Source: Chloroflexota bacterium (GTDB lineage Bacteria > Chloroflexota > UBA11872 > VXOZ01). Taken from it: DNA of 64,000 nucleotides. Every line of letters begins with the position of its first letter. Positions within the stretch are counted from its first letter, which is position 1. This document shows, piece by piece, positions 9,769-18,800 of this stretch. The position numbers and the translations under genes were made by a program. Under the pieces are notes generated by a model that saw only the letters and a program-made list of their open reading frames with translations, ran no database searches and was not told the DNA's origin. The stretch is taken from assembly GCA_963663275.1 (NCBI GenBank), contig OY760183.1, positions 3,136,001 to 3,200,000 on the forward strand, in the 5' to 3' direction.

Positions 9769-10613
9769 TGGAGCCTATGCAAGCGCCGCTCAAACAATCG
9801 CCGCTCTTCCACGTTCTGCGCGAACTGGGCGCTACGTTCAGCCCCTACCACGGCTGGAACCTGGCCGCTTCCATCGCCGCGCCCGAGGCGGAAGCGGAGG
9901 CGCTCAAGACCGGCGTGGGTCTCGCCGACGTAAGCTGGCTGGGCAAGCTGGAACTCAAAGGCCGCCAGGCGGCGTTGGATGCCCTCACTCTCGACGATGG
10001 CAAAGTCTGGCCCCTGGCGCGGGGGCACTGCCTCATCGTCTGCGACCCCGCGCGCACTGACGCGATCTCCCAGTCGATCGAAAACCAGACTGCAAAGCAA
10101 GAGGCCGACAACTCTCCTGACGCCAACTCCAACAATTCTGCCGACGCCAACTCCAACGATTCCGCTGACGCCAATTCCACCGTTCGCCCTGAGCCTGTCG
10201 AAGGGCAATCGGCTCATGGTTCGACAGGCTCACCACGAACGGACGTTTCCGCAAACCGCACCAGTCAAGAGACCTCGATAAGTACGCCTTGCGCGCACAT
10301 CATTGACGTAACCTCCACCTATGCCGGTCTCCTGCTCGCCGGCCCGCACAGCCGCGACGTGCTGCGGCGGCTCGCGGCGCCCGACGTTTCCCATGCCGCG
10401 CTGCCGAACGGGTCGTGTCTCAGCGCCAAGGTTGCGGGCGTGCACGCGCGCGCCTTGCGGGACGACCTTGACGAGACCCTCGCCTATTGGCTCTTCGTCG
10501 GCACCGAATACGCCGCCTACGCCTGGGAAGCAATCATGCATGCCGGGCGGCCGTTCGGCATCGTGCCGGTTGGCTCCGAAGCCGCGCGGAAGATGCGGAG
10601 CGGCGACCCATGA
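9768..10613 (+). CDS. soxG: Sarcosine oxidase gamma-type / GcvT-like subunit with an internal repeat insertion
   Basis: TGATG overlap with soxA; GLADVSWLGKLELKG, IDVTSTYAGLLLAGPHSRDVL, YAAYAWEAIM. Confidence 0.75.
   Translation: MEPMQAPLKQSPLFHVLRELGATFSPYHGWNLAASIAAPEAEAEALKTGVGLADVSWLGKLELKGRQAALDALTLDDGKVWPLARGHCLIVCDPARTDAISQSIENQTAKQEADNSPDANSNNSADANSNDSADANSTVRPEPVEGQSAHGSTGSPRTDVSANRTSQETSISTPCAHIIDVTSTYAGLLLAGPHSRDVLRRLAAPDVSHAALPNGSCLSAKVAGVHARALRDDLDETLAYWLFVGTEYAAYAWEAIMHAGRPFGIVPVGSEAARKMRSGDP
10119..10242. repeat. In-frame 24-bp tandem repeat plus a 63-bp palindromic element inside soxG
   Basis: About 2.6 copies of GACGCCAACTCCAAC(A/G)ATTC(T/C)GC(C/T) at 10119-10181; CCGTTCG..TGAGCCTGTCGAA...TTCGACAGGCTCA..CGAACGG at 10180-10242. 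Confidence 0.8.
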
Positions 10614-11875
10614 TCCAGTTGTTTCGCAAAGAGCGCATGTGGCGTGAGCACGAACTCAAGCGCAGTTACGACGTCGTCATCATCGGCGCGGGCGTGCACG
10701 GCCTCGCCACGGCCTACTACCTGGGCAAAGACCACGGCATCACCAACGTGGCGGTGCTGGAGAAGCGCTACCTGGGCGCGGGCAACTCGGGACGCAACAC
10801 CGCCATCATCCGCGCCAATTACCGCACGCCGGAAGGGGTGCCCTTCTTCGCGCGCTCGTTGGAACTCTACGAAGACCTCTCGCGCGAGCTTGAGTGGAAC
10901 CTGCTCTTCAACCAGTGCGGCCACCTGACGTTGGCGCACACGGACTCGTCGGTAGACGGGCTGCGGGTGCGCGCCGAAACCAACCAGATCATGGGCGTGG
11001 ACAGCCGCGTCATCTATCCGGAGGAGATTCAAAAGCTGGTCCCCGCGCTGGATATGAGCGACCGTCCGCGCCTGCCCGTCATGGCGGCGCTCTATCACCC
11101 GCCCGGCGGCATCATCCGCCACGACGCCGTGGTGTGGGGCTACGCCCGCGCCTGCGACCGCATGGGCATCGAGATTCATCCGTTCACGGAAGCCACGGGG
11201 ATTGGTATCAACGGCTCGCCGGCGGACGACAACGCGGCTGCGCCAACCGGTCTCAACCCGCCGGACGGCGCAATCACCGGCGTGGAAACCACCAGGGGCA
11301 GCATCGCGACCAACACCGTGGTGAACTGCGCCGCGGGCTGGGCCACGGTGGTCTCGCGCATGGCCGGCGTTGCCCTGCCCATCGTCACCCAGCCTCTCCA
11401 AGCGTGCGTCACGGAACCGCTCAAGCCTTTTCTCGATAAGGTGATCGTCTCGGCAAACCTGCACGTCTACGTCAGCCAGACCGACCGGGGCGACTGCGTG
11501 ATGGGCGCTGAAGTTGACCCACTTCAGTCCTACAGCATGTTGGGCACGCTGCCGACGCTGGAGCAGATGGCCACCTACACGTTGGAACTCTTCCCGCAGT
11601 TGCACAACGTGAACGTCCTGCGGCAATGGGCCGGCATCTGCGACATGACCCCCGACTTTTCGCCCATCATCGGCGCGGTGGAGGGGCTGGAAGGCTATCA
11701 CCTGGACGTCGGTTGGGGCACCTACGGCTTCAAGGCCGGCCCGGTGGCCGGCAAGTATCTGGCGGAACGCATCGCCACCGGCAAGACGCCGCCGCTAATC
11801 GAGCCGTTCCGGCTCTCGCGCTTCCGCGAAGAAGCGCTCGTCGGTGAAAAAGCGGCGGCGGCGGTATCGCACTAG
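10610..11875 (+). CDS. soxB: Sarcosine oxidase beta-type FAD subunit (NMG dehydrogenase)
   Basis: ATGA overlap; YDVVIIGAGVHGLATAYYL, GNSGRNTAIIR, RHDAVVWGYA, GWGTYGFKA. Confidence 0.88.
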   Translation: MIQLFRKERMWREHELKRSYDVVIIGAGVHGLATAYYLGKDHGITNVAVLEKRYLGAGNSGRNTAIIRANYRTPEGVPFFARSLELYEDLSRELEWNLLFNQCGHLTLAHTDSSVDGLRVRAETNQIMGVDSRVIYPEEIQKLVPALDMSDRPRLPVMAALYHPPGGIIRHDAVVWGYARACDRMGIEIHPFTEATGIGINGSPADDNAAAPTGLNPPDGAITGVETTRGSIATNTVVNCAAGWATVVSRMAGVALPIVTQPLQACVTEPLKPFLDKVIVSANLHVYVSQTDRGDCVMGAEVDPLQSYSMLGTLPTLEQMATYTLELFPQLHNVNVLRQWAGICDMTPDFSPIIGAVEGLEGYHLDVGWGTYGFKAGPVAGKYLAERIATGKTPPLIEPFRLSRFREEALVGEKAAAAVSH

Positions 11876-11927
11876 CGCCCGCTTCACTTTGTGTATGATG
11901 TATACGGCCGATAAATTACCCCTATCC

Positions 11928-11954
11928 GTCATTCCGGCGAAAGCCGGAATCCAG
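11928..11954. repeat. REP hairpin GTCATTCCGGCGAAAGCCGGAATCCAG
   Basis: Same family at 7021-7047, 37361-37387, and split by IS30 at 51002/52065. Confidence 0.8.
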
Positions 11955-12026
11955 AGGTGGGTAGGAGACAATTGCCGTATCAACAGCGCCCGGAGACGGC
12001 AAAAGCGCATTGAAGGAGGCACACCC

Positions 12027-13361
12027 ATGAATCTCGATCAAGTCAAGGAACTGGTAGCGGAGCGCGGCATCAAGTTCTTTCTCTGCTCCTACGTGGAGAT
12101 GAGCGGCGCGCCCAAGGCGAAGCTGATACCCGCCACGCACGTGGAGGACATGGCGGACGGCAGCGCCGGTTTTGCCGGTTTCGCCGCGGGCGAGATGGGC
12201 CAGAGTCCCCACGACCCGGACATGCTCTGCCATCCCGATTTCAACTCGCTGCTCGTGCTGCCCTGGCGGCCGGACATTGCCTGGGTCTCGGGCAACATCC
12301 ACGTGAACGACGCGCCGTGGCACTACGGCCCGCGCACCATTCTGGAGCAACAGTTGGAAAAGGCGGCGCAGGCGGGCTATCTCATGAACGTGGGCACGGA
12401 AGCCGAGTTCATGCTCCTCAAGCAGGACGAGCACGGCGGCTACGCGCCCTGGGACGCCCTCGACACCCTGGACAAGCCCTGCTACGACGTGCGCGCCCTC
12501 TACCGCAATCTCGACGTCATCACCACGCTGGTCGGCCACATGCAGGAACTCGGCTGGGAACCCTACGCCTCCGACCACGAGGACGCCACCTGCCAATTCG
12601 AACTCAACTGGCTCTACGCTGACGCGCTGACCACCGCCGACCGCCACACGTTCTTCCGCTGGATGGTCAAGACCGTGGCCGAGGAGCACGGCCTCACCGC
12701 CACGTTCATGCCCAAGCCGTTCCAGAATCTGACCGGCAACGGCGCCCACTGCCACGTGAGCCTCTGGGACCCCGCCAACACTACCAACCTCTTCCTGGAC
12801 GAAGACGACGAGAACGGCCTCTCCCAACTGGCGTACTGGTTCACCGGCGGCGTGCTGCATCACGCCCGCGCGCTGACGGCGGTTACGTGCCCGATCGTGA
12901 ACAGCTACAAGCGCCTGATCCGGGGCCAGCCCCGCTCCGGCGCGTCATGGGCCCCCGTGTACGGCACCTACGGCGGCTCCAACCGCACCCAGATGATCCG
13001 CATCCCGGACCCGGGACGCATCGAAAACCGCATCGTGGACGGCGCGACGAACCCCTATCTGGCCTACACCGTCTTGCTCGCCGCCGGCCTGGACGGCATC
13101 GCCAACCAGATCGACCCCGGCGTGCGCAACGACGACAACCTCTACGAACTCGACGAGGATGAACTCCACCGCCGCGGCATCACCTTCCTGCCCACCAGCC
13201 TGCCGGAGGCCCTGGACGAACTCGACAAGGACGACGTCCTCAAGGATGCCCTGGGCCGCGAATACGCCGACTACTTCATCGCCGTCAAACGCGAAGAATG
13301 GAACCGCTACCACCTGAGCGTGAGCCAGTGGGAACTGGATAACTACATCGGGGTGTTCTAG
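12027..13361 (+). CDS. glnT: GlnT-type glutamine synthetase homolog, gamma-glutamylmethylamide synthetase (GmaS)
   Basis: AAGGAGG RBS; GAGFAGFA-like SAGFAGFAAG, DHEDATCQFE, TFMPKPF..TGNGAH, NSYKRL, NRTQMIRIP; mgs/sox context. Confidence 0.85.
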   Translation: MNLDQVKELVAERGIKFFLCSYVEMSGAPKAKLIPATHVEDMADGSAGFAGFAAGEMGQSPHDPDMLCHPDFNSLLVLPWRPDIAWVSGNIHVNDAPWHYGPRTILEQQLEKAAQAGYLMNVGTEAEFMLLKQDEHGGYAPWDALDTLDKPCYDVRALYRNLDVITTLVGHMQELGWEPYASDHEDATCQFELNWLYADALTTADRHTFFRWMVKTVAEEHGLTATFMPKPFQNLTGNGAHCHVSLWDPANTTNLFLDEDDENGLSQLAYWFTGGVLHHARALTAVTCPIVNSYKRLIRGQPRSGASWAPVYGTYGGSNRTQMIRIPDPGRIENRIVDGATNPYLAYTVLLAAGLDGIANQIDPGVRNDDNLYELDEDELHRRGITFLPTSLPEALDELDKDDVLKDALGREYADYFIAVKREEWNRYHLSVSQWELDNYIGVF

Positions 13362-13502
13362 TCGGCCGGGCCCCCTTGTCGATTTCTTTTTGTGGAATTG
13401 GCGGCAGGATCACGATTGAGGCCGGTAGCGTAGGTTTGAAACCTGCGCACATTGGCGGACAACCGCTATCACACAAATGGCGGTCATTGCGGACGGGAGG
13501 GA

Positions 13503-14666
13503 ATGATGGCGCAATACCACGACGCAGAATCCGGCATCACTTTGGACAATGAGTTCGAAAGCGCCAGCGCGCGGGCGTTTAGCAAGCTCGGCCCCGGGCA
13601 ATACCAGGTTGATTTGCTCATAGAGAACTACAGCCCGGACTACCCGGTCGTCTGGGAGTACATGTTCTGCTTCCGGGTGCGGTCGCAGGCGGACGAAGCG
13701 CAGAGGGTCACGTTTCGCGTCATGCAGGGGCGCGGCGGCATCAGCTACATCGACGGCCCGCACTTCGCCAAGCGCAACGGCAATTGGGCGCTCGTGCCCC
13801 GTTCCCAGACGCACATGAGCAATGAGTACGTCGAGGTCACCCTCGACGTAGCGCCGGGCGACGAGTTCCTGCTGGGCAATCATCCCTTCCCCACGCCTGG
13901 CGAGGTAGAGTCCGCCATGCACGCCACCGCCGCGGCCTTAGACGACTTCTCGGTGCGCGAGTTTGGCCGCACGCCGGAGGATCGCCCGCTGCTGGCGCTG
14001 GAATCGGAGCCGCGCGACAAAGTCGTTATCGTCTTCGATACCATGCAGCCCGCCGAGCCGGGCGACGTGCCGATACTCTTCCTGGCCCACTGGCTCAGCA
14101 GCCGGTCCGCCGAGACCGAAAAGCTGCTGGAGGAATACCAGTTCTGCCTGCTGCCCCTGACCAACCCGGACGGCACAGCCCACGGCCATTCGGTAACCAA
14201 CGCCGCCGGCGAGGTGCCGCGCTGCCACTTCGAGGACGCCAAGCTGGGCAAACCCGTTCCCGGTGAAAGCAAGGTTATTTGGGACTACCTTGCCGCGAAA
14301 GCGCCCACCCTCTTCATCGAGTTCCACATCCACTACCTGGTGAGCGCCCCGCACAAGCTGGTGGGCATCGCCGTGAACGAACCCTCGGACGAACGGGGCG
14401 TGGTCGCGCTGCCGGCGGCCACCGTCCTCTGGGGCGAAATGCTCAAGCTGAACAGCCACTGGCGGGCTCGCCTGATCGAGGCCGAAAGCGATACCTTCCG
14501 CAACGCCCTGGACGCAACCCTGGCCCGCGATTTCGGCACCTTGGCATACGTCTACCAGATATACGCGCCCACCGTGGAGGCCGCCTGCGCCCACGCCGTG
14601 GACGTGACGCGCGCTACGCTGCAAGGCGCGGCCGCGGCATCCTCCCTGACGCTCCGCAACGCCTGA
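13503..14666 (+). CDS. M14 zinc carboxypeptidase-like protein, atypical active site
   Basis: N-terminal beta domain, FGRTPEDRPL, MQPAEP (HxxE position), PLTNPDG, IEFH. Confidence 0.6.
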   Translation: MMAQYHDAESGITLDNEFESASARAFSKLGPGQYQVDLLIENYSPDYPVVWEYMFCFRVRSQADEAQRVTFRVMQGRGGISYIDGPHFAKRNGNWALVPRSQTHMSNEYVEVTLDVAPGDEFLLGNHPFPTPGEVESAMHATAAALDDFSVREFGRTPEDRPLLALESEPRDKVVIVFDTMQPAEPGDVPILFLAHWLSSRSAETEKLLEEYQFCLLPLTNPDGTAHGHSVTNAAGEVPRCHFEDAKLGKPVPGESKVIWDYLAAKAPTLFIEFHIHYLVSAPHKLVGIAVNEPSDERGVVALPAATVLWGEMLKLNSHWRARLIEAESDTFRNALDATLARDFGTLAYVYQIYAPTVEAACAHAVDVTRATLQGAAAASSLTLRNA

Positions 14667-14809
14667 GCGGGCTCCGCTTGCGCTTTGGGATTGCTCAGCT
14701 TGCGCGCCGGTTCAATCCGGCGCGGGCCGCCGCTATATGTCATAATGGCAGGTGAGCCGTGTACTATTGCCGCGTTGCGCCGGGCGCGCAAGCAAAGGAG
14801 CGTTGCGCT

Positions 14810-15457
14810 ATGCAGAACCTAAATCCCGTAATCTGCGGTATTCGCCGGATTGGACGGCGCTTCCGCCCGCGTGGGCAGCGCGCGGCGCCCGCCGCACGCG
14901 CCGGCCTGGCCGCGCTCGCGCTCTGCCTCGCCTGGGTCCTCCTGGCGGGCTGTGAAGGCAGCGCGGCCTACTCGTCCGAGGCCTCCGCCGACAGCGCCGA
15001 CAGCGTGGTCGTCCATGAAAACCCCAACGGCGAGCAAATCAACCTGGACAGCAGCCAGAACGAGGCGCTCTACACCGCGCAACCCCTGGACCTGGTGAAG
15101 TGGACCAAATTGCCGGCCATCGAGGACGGCGGGCTGACGGCCGCCGGCGAGGTGCTGGACGGCGCGCGGCTCTTCAATCCCCAGGACGGCGAGGGTTTCG
15201 CTTTCGAGGTGCGCTACAAGACCCACGAGGAACCCATGGTGGTGCTCCTGCCCGACCTGGGCCCCGCCAAAGTGTGGGAGTCGTTCCTCACGATCGCGCC
15301 CACCGACTTTGAAATCTCCGGCGCGACGTTCAGCTTCCGCGCCTACTCGCCTCTGCTAATGGACGTCGGCTCCGGCGACTTGGAACTGCGCGTCTACGGC
15401 TACGACAAGGACGGCAACCCGGCCCTGCTCGCCGTCCTCACCATGGGCGAGGATTGA
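14810..15457 (+). CDS. Putative lipoprotein of unknown function
   Basis: AAGGAG RBS, Arg-rich N-terminus, hydrophobic stretch ending in lipobox LLAGC. Confidence 0.6.
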   Translation: MQNLNPVICGIRRIGRRFRPRGQRAAPAARAGLAALALCLAWVLLAGCEGSAAYSSEASADSADSVVVHENPNGEQINLDSSQNEALYTAQPLDLVKWTKLPAIEDGGLTAAGEVLDGARLFNPQDGEGFAFEVRYKTHEEPMVVLLPDLGPAKVWESFLTIAPTDFEISGATFSFRAYSPLLMDVGSGDLELRVYGYDKDGNPALLAVLTMGED

Positions 15458-15462
15458 TGGGT

Positions 15463-15590
15463 GTCCCCTCTCCCCGGGGAGAGGGTTAGGGTGAGGGGAA
15501 AAAGCATTGCGGTTCGGCTTGGCAGCGCAACCCGGCCGGTGGACGAAGAGACTCCCTCTCCCAGTGGGGAGAGGGCCGGGGTGAGGGGGA
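15463..15590. repeat. Two CCCTCTCCC-N-GGGAGAGGG..GGGTGAGGGG REP-like hairpins between convergent genes
   Basis: Copies at about 15463-15499 and 15554-15590; same family at 16601-16638 and 25357-25391. Confidence 0.75.
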
Positions 15591-15647
15591 AAGAGCGCCT
15601 GCCCCAGCGCGCGCCGGACGGTAGTATCTCAATCCCGCGCGGCTGGC

Positions 15648-16046
15648 TCACTCCGTCGCGCGCACGCGCTCCAACGCGCCCGGCCACGCCAGGATGCGCT
15701 CATCGGCGGTGACCAATTGGTGGCCTTCCAGCGCCGTAGCCACGATGATGCGGTCCGCCGGGTCGCCGTGCAGGTCCGAAAGCTGTGCGGCCCGGACGCC
15801 GATCGCGCCGCTCACCGGGATTTCCACCACGCCCTGCGCCAACTGCTCATCGCGCCAGCGGCCCACGTCATCCGGAAACCTGAGCCGCCCCTTCGCGTGC
15901 AGCAGCGCAACTTCCCAGAACGAAATCGCGGAAACGCACACCCCGTTGGCGAGCCATGCCGCATCGATCGCGTCACGCGCGCGCGGACCCAGGCGGTCGC
16001 TGCCCACTCTCAGCCACAGCATCACGTGCGTATCCAGGATGATCAC
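15648..16046 (-). CDS. vapC: VapC-family PIN-domain toxin
   Basis: ILDTHVMLW, SAISFWE, HGDPADRIIVATA, LVTAD. Confidence 0.88.
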   Translation of the reverse strand: MIILDTHVMLWLRVGSDRLGPRARDAIDAAWLANGVCVSAISFWEVALLHAKGRLRFPDDVGRWRDEQLAQGVVEIPVSGAIGVRAAQLSDLHGDPADRIIVATALEGHQLVTADERILAWPGALERVRATE

Positions 16047-16345
16047 GGTTCCAGCGTCCGCTCAGGCTCGCTCTCGGCCTCCCATTCCTCGTCCAACGGC
16101 GCGACGATGTCGCCGAGAATCTCGATGCGCCCTTTATCCACGCCAAAGAGGCTCCGCGGGCGGTCTTGATACGGCATCAGGCGCGAGACCGGACGCCCGT
16201 GCTTGGTAATCACGATCTCCTCGCCGCTTGCCGCCACCTCGTCCATCAGTTTCAGGCACTTCGCCTTGAACTCCGACGCCTTCATCACCCGCGCCCCGCC
16301 GGTATCGATGCTGTTGTCGTTACCCATGCCGCTGTCGTCTCCCAT
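16043..16345 (-). CDS. Phd/YefM-family antitoxin (start may be at MKASEF, 16285)
   Basis: KASEFKAKCLKLMDEV..GEEIVITKHGRPV; 4-bp overlap with vapC. Confidence 0.85.
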   Translation of the reverse strand: MGDDSGMGNDNSIDTGGARVMKASEFKAKCLKLMDEVAASGEEIVITKHGRPVSRLMPYQDRPRSLFGVDKGRIEILGDIVAPLDEEWEAESEPERTLEP

Positions 16346-16378
16346 GCCCCGCCATCCTGGTTTGGAGGATTTTGGTCA

Positions 16379-16410
16379 ATTGTACCATAGTCATGACCAT
16401 AGTCATAACC
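16379..16410 (-). promoter_or_regulatory. Putative TA promoter/operator
   Basis: Minus-strand TGGTACAAT extended -10 overlapping direct repeats ACCATAGTCAT at 16384 and 16396. Confidence 0.5.
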
Positions 16411-16480
16411 GCGCTGATGATACCCTCTTGTCCCCTCTCCCTGACTGACAGGGGTAGGCAATCTTGAATCGGCTTGACGT

Positions 16481-16638
16481 GTCATTCCGAACGGAGCGCA
16501 GCGCAGTGTCGAACCCTGTTCGCGGAATCTAGAGCGGAGAGCCGCAAATCCAGCATTCTAGATTCCTCGCTCCGCTCGGAATGACAGTTGCATCCCTCCT
16601 GTCCCCTCTCCCGCTGGGAGAGGGTTAGGGTGAGGGGG
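16481..16638. repeat. Composite REP-like palindromes
   Basis: GTCATTCCGA...TCGGAATGACA long palindrome (16481-16586) followed by a CCCTCTCCC/GGGAGAGGG hairpin. Confidence 0.78.
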
Positions 16639-16713
16639 AAGGTCGATTTGCCAAGCCAGAGGGCATACGCTACTCTGATTCTTAGCCGGACGTTCACCGA
16701 AGGAGAGCCGCGC

Positions 16714-16998
16714 ATGAGCAGAAAGTGGCCGGCGCGCGAGGCCGCGGCGCGCTTCAGCGAATTCCTTGAAGCCAGCATCGCCGACGGCCCCCAAATCGTC
16801 ACCAAGCGCGGCGTAGAAGTTGCCGTGCTCGTGCCCATCGCCCAGTGGTGCGCGCCGGAGCAGCCGGCGCAGCCGGATTTGAAAGCGTTGCTGCTTGCCC
16901 CGGAAGCGCGCACCGAAGCCCTCACCCCGCCCCGCGTCACGCGCCGGCGCCGCGCCCCCGCGCCCATCGTGTATGAAGACCCGCAGCCGAGCCCTTAG
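16714..16998 (+). CDS. Orphan Phd/YefM antitoxin
   Basis: AAARFSEFLEASIADGPQIVTKRGVEVAVLVP; AAGGAG RBS; no downstream toxin. Confidence 0.75.
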   Translation: MSRKWPAREAAARFSEFLEASIADGPQIVTKRGVEVAVLVPIAQWCAPEQPAQPDLKALLLAPEARTEALTPPRVTRRRRAPAPIVYEDPQPSP

Positions 16999-17621
16999 CC
17001 GAATAGCGCGGTCAGCCAAGCGACGAAATCCTGGCAGAGCGCGCCGCCAACGTCCAGGTCTGTTGCGCCAATCGCCGCGCCCATCTGCCGCGGATCCTCC
17101 CGCGCCGCCAGCCAGGCGTGGACTTGCGCTCTCAGTTCCTTCTTATCGCTGAACTTCCGCTCCGCTTGGGGAATGCCGTCGATATAGCCTCGCGCCCGCG
17201 GCCAGACCGGATCGCCGGCGGGGATCATCTGTGCAACGAAATCCTCAAGTTCGCCTTGCGAGGAGTTGTCCGGCATCAGCCACACACCGACGCGCGGGGG
17301 CCCCGCGATGATTGTGCCCGAGGGAGACTGGTGCGCGGGCAGGGATGGGTAATAGCCGGTTTCCGCAAGCCTGTTCTTGACCGCTTGCCAACGCCCGGCC
17401 AGGTTCGTGTTCGCATCCACCAGAATGCCCAATGACTGTAGTCCAGGCGTCTCGATTTCAGTGTCAATGGAATCGAGCAACTTTTCAACACTGCCCTTCT
17501 CTCTGATGCAAAAATCAGATTGAACTTCAGTGCGCTGGCAGATGTGCAAAACCACGTGTAAATCGTCCTGCCCTTCCACCAGGAGCACGCGGCTTGGCGA
17601 CGGGCCGGTGGGTGTCGCCAT
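16995..17621 (-). CDS. DUF3226-like TOPRIM-fold protein
   Basis: LLVEGQDD, GILVDAN, GVWLMPDN..GELEDF, HAWLA. Confidence 0.75.
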   Translation of the reverse strand: MATPTGPSPSRVLLVEGQDDLHVVLHICQRTEVQSDFCIREKGSVEKLLDSIDTEIETPGLQSLGILVDANTNLAGRWQAVKNRLAETGYYPSLPAHQSPSGTIIAGPPRVGVWLMPDNSSQGELEDFVAQMIPAGDPVWPRARGYIDGIPQAERKFSDKKELRAQVHAWLAAREDPRQMGAAIGATDLDVGGALCQDFVAWLTALFG

Positions 17622-17624
17622 GGG

Positions 17625-18734
17625 TTAGCGCACCTCGATGCCCTGCTCGGCCGCCACGCGGAGTTGGCGCTCGGAGTATTCCACCGCGCGGGTGTGGACG
17701 CCGTCGCTCTCCAGGCGCACCAGCGCGCCCGACACGTCCTCCGTATCCACCGCCGCCCGCGCGAAACCGGCCGCGCAATCCCAGCTATGCGTCGTAGCAA
17801 ACACCTGCACGTCGTTCGCCTCCGCCGTCAGCAGCACCATGCGCCAGAAATCGCGCTGGATTGTGTGGTGGATGCCGTTCTCCGCCTCGTCGATCAGCAG
17901 GAACCCGCCCTGGCTGTTCGCCAGCGCCAACGCCACCCCAAACAACCGCACCGCCCCGTCACCCAAACTGCGCAATGGTACCGGCCGCTCCTGCCCCGCA
18001 AGCCGCACCATCACCCGCCGGCCGTAACGAGAGCGCGAGCTTGTATCATCGCCAATAACCGCGACACGCTCCACCGTGTCGCCATAGATAAGCCTTAGCG
18101 CCTCTACCGCGCGGTCTTCATCGTCCGTGAGCGCAACCTTGTCCCACAACCGTGCGATATCCCTATTGGCCAACACGTTTGGCCCTATGGACTCGCACCG
18201 AACTTCGGGGGAGAGTTCAGATTCGTCACCTCGCTCTTTGGAACGCCATACACTTCTAAGGCCGAATATTGGCGCGTTAGGTTCTTCGCCTTCAAGTAGT
18301 ATTCCAAGCCTGTTCCCTGCTTCGTCCAATAGGTGGTCTGACACAAAACTCTGCCACCCATGCGCTTCCTCGTCACTGAGTTGCGTGGGTTTGATTACAA
18401 GGGTGCCACAATCATCTAGTGGTCCTATTGCGATGGGATGCCCTATCAAGGCGCGGCGGCCGTAGAAGAGCGCGTCCCAGTGAGGCGCAACCACATCGTC
18501 TCCATCTTCATTGACCGACCGATTAAGCTCCTCATTCTTGCGCAAGATGCTCGCAATTACTGAAGACTTACCGCGCACGGCATAGGTCCGCACGGCGTCC
18601 AGCACCGTCGTCTTGCCGACGCCGTTCTTGCCAGCAATGAGCGTCACGCGGCCCAAGCGCTCAATCGAAAGGTCTCGAATGCCGCGAAACCTTCTGATGG
18701 TCAGACTGGGAAGTTGTAGGTCAATTCCAGACAT
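17625..18734 (-). CDS. ABC-type (AAA_15/AAA_21) ATPase
   Basis: RFRGI, GKNGVGKT, signature LGDG, LLIDEAENGIHH, TTHS. Confidence 0.82.
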   Translation of the reverse strand: MSGIDLQLPSLTIRRFRGIRDLSIERLGRVTLIAGKNGVGKTTVLDAVRTYAVRGKSSVIASILRKNEELNRSVNEDGDDVVAPHWDALFYGRRALIGHPIAIGPLDDCGTLVIKPTQLSDEEAHGWQSFVSDHLLDEAGNRLGILLEGEEPNAPIFGLRSVWRSKERGDESELSPEVRCESIGPNVLANRDIARLWDKVALTDDEDRAVEALRLIYGDTVERVAVIGDDTSSRSRYGRRVMVRLAGQERPVPLRSLGDGAVRLFGVALALANSQGGFLLIDEAENGIHHTIQRDFWRMVLLTAEANDVQVFATTHSWDCAAGFARAAVDTEDVSGALVRLESDGVHTRAVEYSERQLRVAAEQGIEVR

Positions 18735-18800
18735 AGCGGCTTCTCATTCGGCCTTGAAGTGCACTTAGACTTGGCATTGCGAGCACTTCCGAGCTTTCAA

